The notes beneath the pieces were generated by a model, which worked only from the letters and a program-made list of their open reading frames with translations, made no database searches and was not told where the DNA came from. Positions 8,186-16,038 of a stretch of DNA of 30,291 nt are shown here, in pieces. The stretch spans positions 1-30,291 of the forward strand of contig JBPCJV010000256.1 in the NCBI GenBank assembly GCA_051004925.1, given 5' to 3'. Position 1 is the stretch's first letter; each line of letters begins with the position of its first letter. Made by a program: the position numbers and the translations under genes. This stretch comes from Acidimicrobiales bacterium. GTDB taxonomy: Bacteria; Actinomycetota; Acidimicrobiia; Acidimicrobiales; AC-14.

Positions 8186-8759
8186 TGGTCGGTGCGCATC
8201 CAGGACGAGGCGCCGCTGTCGCTGGTGGCCGTCCTGGCGGGGGAGGCCTGGGTGATCCCCGACGACCGCGCCGCCCGGCGGCTGGGCCCCGGCGACGTCG
8301 CCGTCATGCGCGGCCCCGACCCGTACACCTTCGCCGACGACCCCGAGACGCCGATCCAGGTCGTGATTCACCCCGGCCAGCGTTGCACGGACCCTCACGG
8401 TGGCGAGCTGGAGCAGGCCATGGACCTCGGCGTGCGCACCTGGGGGAACAGCCCGGAAGGCTCGACGGTGATGCTGGTCGGCACCTACCAGCTGGGGGGC
8501 GAGGCCGGCGGACGGTTGATGCGCGTGCTCCCCCCGCTGCTGGTCCTGGCCGCCGACGCCTGGGACTCCCCGCTGATCCCGTTGCTCGCGGAGGAGATCG
8601 TGCGCGACGAGTCGGGGCAGGAGGTGGTGCTCGACCGGTTGCTCGACCTGGTGCTCATCGCCGTCCTGCTACGGGAGCCCGTTCGCCCTCAGCACCGCCT
8701 TCAAGCGGGTGCACGGCGTCAGCCCCCACGAGTACCGGGCGGGCGCGGGCAACCGCTGA
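8177..8759 (+). pseudogene. Cupin_6-AraC family regulator, 5'-truncated with an internal deletion
   Basis: DPPWSVRIQDEAPLSLVAVLAGEAW...DRLLDLVLIAVL jumps at 8668-8669 into another frame reading (G)YGSPFALSTAFKRVHGVSPHEYR, which is the final AraC helix. Confidence 0.8.
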
Positions 8760-8817
8760 GCCACCAGCCGCAGGCGGAGGCCCACCGGCATACCCTGGCG
8801 CCGAATACCCTGAAGAC

Positions 8818-9270
8818 ATGGACGATTCCGGGGTCATCGAGGCCTTCCTCCAGGAGGGCTCGGGTGGCGTGTTCGGCCCGACGCTGAACGTGGAGGGTGC
8901 CACGCTGAAGCTCGACGGGTGGTGGGCGCTGGCCTACCGGGTGTCCGACCGCACCTTCATCGTGCGCGACGAGGAAGCCCCGTCAAACACCACTGCTCCC
9001 GCCGACGTGGCCGCCGCCCTCACCGCCAAGGGGCTCTCCGCCGTGGGTGCCGACCTTCCCGCCATCACCCTGCTCACCTACACGAACCTCGACCTGGGCT
9101 ACGCGCCTTGGGTGCTGTGGTCGACCGACCTGACCACGGGCGAGGCCGACATCAACGCCAAGGCCACCGAGGAGTCGTTCCTCGACACCGGGGCGCCGGC
9201 CGCACCTCCGACCACGCCCGACAACACCGACATGATCCGGGGCGCCCGCAGAGTGGCGGGGGACAGCTGA
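8818..9270 (+). CDS. Hypothetical protein (150 aa)
   Basis: Protein-like C-terminal half of track ORF 8383-9270, starting MDDSGVIEAFL. No SD is visible, so it may be leaderless. Confidence 0.65.
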   Translation: MDDSGVIEAFLQEGSGGVFGPTLNVEGATLKLDGWWALAYRVSDRTFIVRDEEAPSNTTAPADVAAALTAKGLSAVGADLPAITLLTYTNLDLGYAPWVLWSTDLTTGEADINAKATEESFLDTGAPAAPPTTPDNTDMIRGARRVAGDS

Positions 9271-9372
9271 ACGGCCGTTCCGGCGTGCGCGTCGCGGAGG
9301 TCTGATGGGTGTTTCGCACGCCAGAAGCGGTTGGGACCTCACGTTTCCGGCCGGCGGAACGTTTACCCGGGT

Positions 9373-9855
9373 ATGAGGCCGCGGCCGTTCGAGGAGATCG
9401 TCGACGAGCACGGGGCGGTGGTGATGCGCGTGGTGCGCGCCCTCCTCGGGCCGGCCGACGCGGCCGACGCCTGGTCGGAGACCTTCCTCGCCGCCCTCCA
9501 GGCGTATCCCCGCATCCGCCCCGACAGCGACGTGCGGGCGTGGCTGGTGACCGTCGCCCACCGCAAGGCCATCGACAACCTCCGGGCCAGCCGGCGGGCG
9601 CCGTTGTCATCGGACGACCTGGCCGACCGACCGGCACCCGAGACCCAGGTCCCCGACCCCGACCCCGACCTGCTGGCTGCTGTCGGGGCGTTGCCGTTCA
9701 AGCAGCGCGCGGCCGTGGCCTACCACCACCTGGCCGGCCTGCCCTACGCGGAGGTCGGGGCCCTGATCGACACCAGCGAGGTGGCGGCCCGGCGCTCGGC
9801 TGCCGACGGCATCGCCACCCTGCGCAGGACCTTTGCAGGAGGGAGAACGGCATGA
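9373..9855 (+). CDS. ECF sigma factor
   Basis: Region 2 (DAADAWSETFLAALQAY...RAWLVTVAHRKAID) and region 4 (LPFKQRAAVAYHHLAGLPYAEVG). ATGA overlap with ogt. Confidence 0.88.
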   Translation: MRPRPFEEIVDEHGAVVMRVVRALLGPADAADAWSETFLAALQAYPRIRPDSDVRAWLVTVAHRKAIDNLRASRRAPLSSDDLADRPAPETQVPDPDPDLLAAVGALPFKQRAAVAYHHLAGLPYAEVGALIDTSEVAARRSAADGIATLRRTFAGGRTA

Positions 9856-10457
9856 GCACCGACCAGCAGTTCGTCGACGACCTGGTGATAGCGGGAGCCG
9901 GGTTGGTTCCCGACGACCTCCGTGCCCGTCTGGCGGCCGACGCCGAGCGGGCCGGCCTCCTCGACGTGGCCTACCGAACGGTGGACAGCCCTGTCGGGCC
10001 GCTGCTGCTCGCGGCAACCGAGGCCGGCGTGGTGCGGGTGGCCTTCGCCAGGGAGGACCACGACCACGTCCTCGAGGTGCTGGCCGAGAGGATCAGCCCT
10101 CGCATCCTTCGGGCCCCGGGCCGCCTCGACCCCGCCGCCCGCCAGCTCGACGAATACTTCGCCGGCACCCGGCGGAGGTTCGACATCCCGCTCGACCTGC
10201 GCCTGGCCCACGGGTTCCGCCGTGCCGTGCTCGACCACCTGCGGTCCATCCCGTACGGGAGGACCGAGAGCTATTCGGCGGTGGCGGCGGCGTCGGGCAG
10301 CCCCGCCGCCGTCCGGGCCGCGGGATCGGCCTGTGCCACCAACCCGCTGCCGCTGGTGGTGCCGTGCCACCGCGTCGTGCGCAGCGACGGCTCCATCGGG
10401 CAGTACGGCGGCGGAACGGAGGCCAAGAGGATGCTCCTGTCCATGGAGGCGGCGTAG
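9852..10457 (+). CDS. ogt: Methylated-DNA-protein-cysteine S-methyltransferase
   Basis: Active-site motif NPLPLVVPCHRVV, plus IPYGRTESY and RAAGSAC. Start is ATG 9852 inside track ORF 9309. Confidence 0.93.
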   Translation: MSTDQQFVDDLVIAGAGLVPDDLRARLAADAERAGLLDVAYRTVDSPVGPLLLAATEAGVVRVAFAREDHDHVLEVLAERISPRILRAPGRLDPAARQLDEYFAGTRRRFDIPLDLRLAHGFRRAVLDHLRSIPYGRTESYSAVAAASGSPAAVRAAGSACATNPLPLVVPCHRVVRSDGSIGQYGGGTEAKRMLLSMEAA

Positions 10458-10510
10458 CCGCTCCGGATGGTGGAGGCGGCGTAGCCGCTCCGGATGGTGG
10501 AGGCGGCGTA
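10444..10510. repeat. 27-bp tandem repeat, about 2.5 copies, spanning the ogt stop
   Basis: tggaggcggcgtagccgctccggatgg at 10444 and 10471, with a partial copy at 10498. Confidence 0.9.
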
Positions 10511-10518
10511 AGGCTTCT

Positions 10519-10558
10519 GGTCAGGTTTCGGAGGGCCATATCCCTCCGAAACCTGACC
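10519..10558. terminator. Perfect 17-bp hairpin between convergent genes (bidirectional terminator or REP-like element)
   Basis: ggtcaggtttcggaggg-ccatat-ccctccgaaacctgacc; no U-tract on either side. Confidence 0.65.
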
Positions 10559-10598
10559 GGAACGTTGGTGGGGCTTGCCGGCGGCGTGGCCGCTCCGG

Positions 10599-11651
10599 TC
10601 AGGCGAGGAAGGCGGCCATGCGGTCGGCCTCCTCGTGTACCTGCGTGCGCACCCGGGCGGCGAGCGGTTCGAAAGGCTCGACGTCGACGCGGCTGCCCGC
10701 GAACCTCCACGTGCCCGCCACCTGTCCGTCGACGAGGAAGGTGTGTGCCGACTGGGGCGTCTTGGTGTTGAACACCTTCGGACGGTGTGGCTCGGGGAGC
10801 ACCACGGCCCGCCGGGCGTGGGCGAGGAGGATGGCGTCCCACGCGGGCAGCAGCCGCACCGGCGCCGGGGTCCCGGCGTCGGGGAGGGGGGCCCGGGGAA
10901 GGTCCACCAGCTCGTCGCCGTCCTCGGCCCGGAAGCGGCGCACGGTGACCCGGCCGAGCGCGGCGGCCACCGTCGGGTTCCTGAGCCCGGCCCAGTTGGC
11001 GATCTCGGCAACGGTCGCCGGGCCGAACCCGCCCAGATACCGGCGCACCAGGTGGTCGACGGCGGTATCGGTGTCGAGGTGGGCCGGCGGTGGCCCGAGC
11101 CAGTCCTCGGCCGCGCCGTAGAGGTCGGCCCGGCGCCGCTCCCACGTGCCCGACGGCGGCACCCGCACGAGGTCGAGCCACATGCCCACGCCGTTGGTCT
11201 GCTCCTTGCCGACGATCTGGTCGAGCTGGCGACGCCGTAGCGGGCTCTCGCTGCGCAAATGAGCCCGTAGGCGCCCGGCCGAGGCGGCCAGATCGTCGGC
11301 GCCGGGTTGATGGCGCACGGCCCGGAGCCACATCTGGCGGCGTTCGTCGCGGATGGCGATGGCAAGCGGCCAGTAGTCGGCGGCCGAGACGAGGTGGATC
11401 GTGGCCCGCATCAGCGTCCCCTGCACGACGGTTCGCCGCTCGAGGGCTTCGGTGAGGTCGGGCCGCTCGAACCCGTGGAGCCTCGACCACAGGCCGATGT
11501 ACATGGCCGGCGCGTACTGGGCCTGGAGGCCGCTCACGCGCTCGAGGGCCGTGGGTGGGCTGATGGCGGCCCGGTCGAGCAGGAGCTGGCGGGCGAGGAC
11601 GGCCCGGTTCAGGTCCCGCGGGGTGAGCGTGCGCAGCGCCGGCCGGCCCAC
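10599..11651 (-). CDS. HTH_42 winged-helix DNA glycosylase, AlkZ-like
   Basis: LNRAVLARQLLL, GLQAQ (QxQ catalytic motif of AlkZ-type enzymes), TLMRATIHLV, YLGGFGPAT and RLLPAWD. Confidence 0.85.
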   Translation of the reverse strand: MGRPALRTLTPRDLNRAVLARQLLLDRAAISPPTALERVSGLQAQYAPAMYIGLWSRLHGFERPDLTEALERRTVVQGTLMRATIHLVSAADYWPLAIAIRDERRQMWLRAVRHQPGADDLAASAGRLRAHLRSESPLRRRQLDQIVGKEQTNGVGMWLDLVRVPPSGTWERRRADLYGAAEDWLGPPPAHLDTDTAVDHLVRRYLGGFGPATVAEIANWAGLRNPTVAAALGRVTVRRFRAEDGDELVDLPRAPLPDAGTPAPVRLLPAWDAILLAHARRAVVLPEPHRPKVFNTKTPQSAHTFLVDGQVAGTWRFAGSRVDVEPFEPLAARVRTQVHEEADRMAAFLA

Positions 11652-11670
11652 GAGGAGAGAGCGGCCGGGA

Positions 11671-12714
11671 TCAGGGCCCGAGGGCGGGCTCCGGGAGGGG
11701 GTGGCGGAGCGACGTGCGCCCCGACCCCCACTGGTCCAGGAGGTGGCGGGTGAAGCGTGCCTCGACGGCCATCACCGTGGCCGCACCGAAGAGGATGTCG
11801 CCGACGAGGTCCCGGTCGGTACGGGCCAGGCCGGCGGCCAGCCGATCGGCGGCCACGAACTGGTGCTCGGCGTCGGCCTCCACGTGGACCTCGTAGAACC
11901 GCCGGCCGCTCGCCCCGACTCCCAACCGCTTCAGTGCCGCCGCGTAGCGGCCCATGGGGCCCACCGACGTCATCTCGAACACGGCGAGGTGGCCGACCAG
12001 CGCGCCTCGCCAGCGCCGGTGCAGGCCGAAGAAGGACACCAGGTTGACGGTGGCGAGCGTGGGAGCGGGAAGCCAGTCGAGGTAGGCCCCGTACGTGGAG
12101 TCGAGGCCGACGGCGTCGAGGGTGTCGGCGAACAGGGAGGAGTGCATGTCGGCCTCGACCCCGTTGCCGTACTCGTCGGCCTGGATGTGCACCAGAGCGG
12201 CCTTGGCCTCCCCGGTCAGGCGGGGAATGGCCCAGGTGTGCGGGTCCGCCTCCTTGAGCTGGTAGGCCGACCGGTGGACGAGGAACCCGCGTAGCTGGTC
12301 GTAGGTGGCCCGCTCGGCGACGAAGGTCGACAGCGACGGGCCCGAGGCCTCGGCGATCATCTCCCAGAGGCGGTCGGCCACGTCGGCCGTCCACTGCTGC
12401 GGACCCACGAGGTCGCGCAGGCCCTGCTCGAAGCACTCTTCGAGTCGGCGGCGGAGGGCGAGCAGCGAGGGTTCCCACTCCCACCGGTCGTCGATGCCGG
12501 CGAACGACCGGTAGTGCAACTCGTAACAGAGGTAGAGGGCCAGCTGGAGGTCGTCGCCTGTCCAAATCGATTCGATGCGCGGCGCCACGCCGAGGTCGTG
12601 CGCCGGTGACTGCAGGGCATCGACAACCAACGCGCTGAGCGGACCGCGGGGCGGAGGAAGGGCGGGAGCCCTGGGTGGGCACCTGAGTTCGGTCGACGCT
12701 CGCATGCTCACCAT
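11671..12714 (-). CDS. Heme-oxygenase-like diiron (iron-containing redox enzyme) family protein
   Basis: HRSAYQLKEADPH, IQADEYGNG...HSSLF, GHLAVFEMTS and FYEVHVEADAEH. AAGGAG SD before ATG 12714. Confidence 0.85.
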   Translation of the reverse strand: MVSMRASTELRCPPRAPALPPPRGPLSALVVDALQSPAHDLGVAPRIESIWTGDDLQLALYLCYELHYRSFAGIDDRWEWEPSLLALRRRLEECFEQGLRDLVGPQQWTADVADRLWEMIAEASGPSLSTFVAERATYDQLRGFLVHRSAYQLKEADPHTWAIPRLTGEAKAALVHIQADEYGNGVEADMHSSLFADTLDAVGLDSTYGAYLDWLPAPTLATVNLVSFFGLHRRWRGALVGHLAVFEMTSVGPMGRYAAALKRLGVGASGRRFYEVHVEADAEHQFVAADRLAAGLARTDRDLVGDILFGAATVMAVEARFTRHLLDQWGSGRTSLRHPLPEPALGP

Positions 12715-12841
12715 GGGTCGTTCTCCTTCACGTGCCGCCCGGAGTGGTTCGACCTCTCACGGCTGTTGGCTGTCGCCTTTCTATCCCCTCCCGCCCTCGG
12801 CCTAACCCCGCGGCCACCGGCGGGGAGCTAGCTTGCGGCCG

Positions 12842-13489
12842 GTGGCAGGACGAAAGCGCAACCGGCGTCGAACAGGCCGAGAGGCCCGCATCGCCGCGGC
12901 CGCGGCCGCTCAGCGCCGGGCCCGACGACGCAAGATTGCCCTGTTCGCCGGCGTCCCTGCGTTGCTCGTGGCCGTACTTGTGGTGGCCGTCGTCGTGTTC
13001 AGCATGGACGACGACGACAAGACCGAGGTGGCCTCCTCCGACACGACCACCACGACGGCGCCGCCGGCGGCCGGCTCGGCTGCGGGCAAGCCGTGCGTAC
13101 CGGTGGCCGACCCCCTTCCCCCCGGGGCACCGGCGGTGCCGGGGAAGGAGGGCCCTCCGCCCACGGAGCTGGTGAAGGAGGACCTGAGGGTCGGCGGCGG
13201 CGCGCCCGTGGAGGCCAACTCCACGGTCACGGTCAACTACATCGGGGTGTCGTGCTCGACCGGGAAGATCTTCGACTCGTCCTACTCACGCAACCAGCCG
13301 GCCACCTTCCCCCTCGGCCAGGTGATCAAGGGATGGCAGGACGGCATGCCCGGCATGGCCGTGGGCGGCCAACGCCTGCTGGGCATCCCGTCGGCCCAGG
13401 CGTACGGCCCCCAGGGGCGACCGCCCACCATCGCCGGCGAAGAGACCCTGTGGTTCGTCGTGGAGGTCATGGACGCAAAGCCGGCCTGA
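12842..13489 (+). CDS. Membrane-anchored FKBP-type peptidyl-prolyl isomerase
   Basis: Basic N-terminus, one TM helix, a Thr/Pro linker, then VNYIG...FDSSY...VIKGW...G.QRLLGIP..AYG. Confidence 0.9.
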   Translation: MAGRKRNRRRTGREARIAAAAAAQRRARRRKIALFAGVPALLVAVLVVAVVVFSMDDDDKTEVASSDTTTTTAPPAAGSAAGKPCVPVADPLPPGAPAVPGKEGPPPTELVKEDLRVGGGAPVEANSTVTVNYIGVSCSTGKIFDSSYSRNQPATFPLGQVIKGWQDGMPGMAVGGQRLLGIPSAQAYGPQGRPPTIAGEETLWFVVEVMDAKPA

Positions 13490-13564
13490 GCCGGCACGGG
13501 AACTCAGCCGGCCTGAGCCGGCACGGGAACTCAGCCGGCCTGAGCCGGCAGGGTGCTCAGCCGG
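13479..13564. repeat. 27-bp tandem repeat, about 3 copies, between the convergent FKBP and GYD stops
   Basis: agccggcctgagccggcacgggaactc at 13479 and 13506, with a variant third copy at 13533. Confidence 0.9.
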
Positions 13565-13859
13565 GCGGCGGCTGGAGGTCCTTCACCAGCCTGTCGGTCT
13601 CCGACTCGTTGAAGGCCCGCATCGTGGTGATCGAGAGGCTGCCGGTGAGGCCCATGAGGGCGAACTTGGCCATCGTCTCGTCGTCGGGTGCCTCCACGAC
13701 GTTGACGATGTCGTACTCGCCCATCACCAGGTACTGCTGCTTCCAGGTGATCCCCAGCGCCTTCGCCGCCTTCTTGCCCGCCGCCCGTCCGACGTGGGAC
13801 TGCTTGATCGAATCGATGCCCGGTTCGATGAACTTCATCATCATGATGTAGGTGGCCAT
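13557..13859 (-). CDS. GYD domain protein
   Basis: MATYIMMMKF...GEYDIVNVVEAPDDETMAKFAL...G.L.ITTMRAF. Confidence 0.85.
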   Translation of the reverse strand: MATYIMMMKFIEPGIDSIKQSHVGRAAGKKAAKALGITWKQQYLVMGEYDIVNVVEAPDDETMAKFALMGLTGSLSITTMRAFNESETDRLVKDLQPPPG

Positions 13860-14371
13860 GGCCGGTCCTCTCTGTTGGTTCGAGGGTCATTGTTGTTCGG
13901 GGATCTTGGTCGTGCGGGAGCCGAACGGGCGCCGAGGCGCAGGCCGGCCAGACCCATGCCGATCAGGAGCAGGGCGGGCAGGAGCAGCGACGGGGCACCG
14001 GTCTTGGGGTGGGTGACGTCCACCGGTGCCTGGGCCGCCGTCGGGGGGGTGGTACTCGTCTTGGGGATGGTCTCCGACGGCCCGGGCACCGCCGGTGACC
14101 CGCTTCCCGTCGCAGGTGCCGTGGTGTTCACGCCGGGGGCGGCGGCCGGTGCGCCACGACCGGGAGCGGTGGTCGTGGTCGTGGCGGCCGGGCTCGTCGT
14201 CGGCACCGTAGACGTCGTCGCTGTGGTGGTCGTCGACGGGGAACTGGTCGGAGACGACGAGACCTGGGTCTTGGGATCGTCGCGCCCGACACGGACGACA
14301 ACGGCCACGACGTCGATGGCCAGGACGATGGCGATGAGGGCGATGAGGCCGTTGCGCGTCGTGGACTTCAC
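13841..14371 (-). CDS. Thr/Pro-rich surface protein with an LPXTG-like HPKTG sorting signal
   Basis: N-terminal hydrophobic helix, a Thr-rich stalk, then HPKTG, a hydrophobic stretch and an Arg-rich tail. GAGGA SD. Confidence 0.6.
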   Translation of the reverse strand: MKSTTRNGLIALIAIVLAIDVVAVVVRVGRDDPKTQVSSSPTSSPSTTTTATTSTVPTTSPAATTTTTAPGRGAPAAAPGVNTTAPATGSGSPAVPGPSETIPKTSTTPPTAAQAPVDVTHPKTGAPSLLLPALLLIGMGLAGLRLGARSAPARPRSPNNNDPRTNREDRPWPPTS

Positions 14372-14558
14372 GTGGTCCTCGCCATGGGTGCCAACCGGGT
14401 CTGGCTAATCGGAGCCAGATTAGATGGCGCCGACGGTCGCCGTGACCATGGTGGGGTACGACCGGCGGGCGGGCGGGTAGGACCCCGCCATGGTTCGTGG
14501 CAGCGACAAGCACTCACCCCGTATCGACGACAGCCTCGACCTCTAGGACACCGCCGGG

Positions 14559-15488
14559 TCAGGCCGAGAGCAGGTCGCGGACGCCCCGGCTGGCGGAGCG
14601 ACGGAGCTTGGCGATGGCCTTGACCTCGACTTGGCGCACGCCCTCCCGGGTCAGGCCGAACTGCTCGCCCACCTCCTCGAGGGTACGGGGCTTGCCCCGG
14701 TCGAGGCCGTAGCGCAGGCAGAGCACCTCCCGCTCCCGGGGCTCGAGCCCGGCGAGGAGCTCGGTGACCTGGGCGGGCAGCATCGAGGAGAAGACGACCT
14801 CGTCCGGCGGAGGCGCCGAGGTGTCCTCGACCAGGTCGCCCAGCTCGGCCTCCCCGTCGCTCAGGCGCTCCGACAGCGAGACGGGCTCGGCGAGGAAGGG
14901 CCGCAGCTCCTCGACCTTCCGGGAGGGCATCCCGAGGGCCTGGCCCACCTCGTCGGGACGGGGCATCCGACCCAGCTGCACCTCGAGGGAGGCGCTGGTC
15001 ATCCGGATGGCGAGCAGCTGGTCGCCCGCGTGCACCGGCAGGCGGATCGACCGGCCGGTGTTGGCGATGCCCCGGGCGATGGTCTGGCGGATCCACCACG
15101 TGGCGTAGGTGGAGAACTTGAAGCCCCGCCGCGGGTCGAAGCGCTCGACCGCGTGCATCAGCCCGAAGTTGCCCTCCTGGATGAGGTCGAGGAGCGGGAG
15201 GCCTGAGGCCTGGTACTTCTTGGCGATCGACACCACGAGGCGCAGGTTGGCCCGCACGAAGCGCTTGGTGGCCTTCTCGCCCGCCTTCACGAGGGCTTCC
15301 AACTCGCGCTTGCGTTGGGGCGGGACCTGGCCCTTCGAGAGCTCGGCGGCGGCCTGACGACCGGCGGCAGCCAACTCGCCCAGGCGGACCTCTTCGGCCC
15401 TTGTGAGCAAGGAGTGCTTGCCGATGTCGTTCAGGTAGAGCTGAAGGAGATCTTCCTCCTCACTGCTCCGACCGCCCTGCTTGGCCAA
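14559..15488 (-). CDS. Sigma-70 factor, RpoD-like without region 1.1
   Basis: Region 1.2 (DLLQLYLNDIGK), region 2 (ANLRLVVSIAKKY, GFKFSTYATWWIRQ) and region 4 (RTLEEVGEQFGLTREGVRQVE). Start is TTG 15488 with a GGAGG SD; the track start is 15554. Confidence 0.9.
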   Translation of the reverse strand: MAKQGGRSSEEEDLLQLYLNDIGKHSLLTRAEEVRLGELAAAGRQAAAELSKGQVPPQRKRELEALVKAGEKATKRFVRANLRLVVSIAKKYQASGLPLLDLIQEGNFGLMHAVERFDPRRGFKFSTYATWWIRQTIARGIANTGRSIRLPVHAGDQLLAIRMTSASLEVQLGRMPRPDEVGQALGMPSRKVEELRPFLAEPVSLSERLSDGEAELGDLVEDTSAPPPDEVVFSSMLPAQVTELLAGLEPREREVLCLRYGLDRGKPRTLEEVGEQFGLTREGVRQVEVKAIAKLRRSASRGVRDLLSA

Positions 15489-15560
15489 CGAACCCTCCCG
15501 GTGCCACAGAAAAAGTAGCAAACCATCCTGACCAACGTCGCTCAGGCTGCCCATCTTCCT

Positions 15561-15950
15561 TCACGGCCGGTCGAAACGCATCACCAGCACCACGCCGTCG
15601 TCGTCGCGCCCGACCTCGCACGTGCTCGTCACCCGGTCGATGAGCCACAGGCCCCGCCCGCGCTCGGCCAGCGGATCAGGGGCCTGGCGGGCGTGGAGGT
15701 CGAGGTCGAAGCCCGGCCCGGTGTCCCACACCATGATCACCAGCGACGACGCCTCGAGGGCCACCTGGGCCCGCAAGACCGCACCGGCGTGGCGCTGGGC
15801 GTTCACCAGCGCCTCGTGCACGGCGAGGACGACCTCGTCGGCATCGCCCTCCCACTCGATCTCGTGAAGGAGCTCGCGCACCTGCTGGCGAGCGCGGGAC
15901 GGCTGCCGCGACAGTTCGATTGGTTGGTGGGCGAGCTCCGACGCCGTCAA
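15561..15950 (-). CDS. RsbW-like anti-sigma factor / HATPase_c protein
   Basis: LAVHEALVNAQRHA (N box), VWDTGPGF (G1) and ERGRGLWLI (G2). TTG start with a GGAG/AAGG SD. Confidence 0.85.
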   Translation of the reverse strand: MTASELAHQPIELSRQPSRARQQVRELLHEIEWEGDADEVVLAVHEALVNAQRHAGAVLRAQVALEASSLVIMVWDTGPGFDLDLHARQAPDPLAERGRGLWLIDRVTSTCEVGRDDDGVVLVMRFDRP

Positions 15951-15957
15951 TATTGAC
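15946..15957. promoter_or_regulatory. Perfect palindrome GTCAATATTGAC over the anti-sigma start codon
   Basis: 12-bp AT-rich palindrome covering the SD-to-start spacer and the TTG. Confidence 0.35.
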
Positions 15958-16038
15958 CTTCTCCCGGCGAGTCATGCGACCTGTTGCAAGTGTTCCCCGG
16001 GCGACGGCGGGCTAACCGCAGAGCAGGACAGATGCGCG

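Noticed and set aside
11675-11701. Extra degenerate copies of the 26-bp intragenic motif (here and near 27010)
   Set aside because: There are too many mismatches to separate them from chance in GC-rich sequence.
10444-13564. 27-bp repeats as CRISPR arrays
   Set aside because: The units are head to tail with no unique spacers, there are only about 3 copies each, the two arrays differ in sequence, and there are no cas genes.
14400-14419. Small hairpin tctggct-N6-agccaga upstream of the HPKTG gene
   Set aside because: A 7-bp stem is too weak to assign as a terminator or operator.
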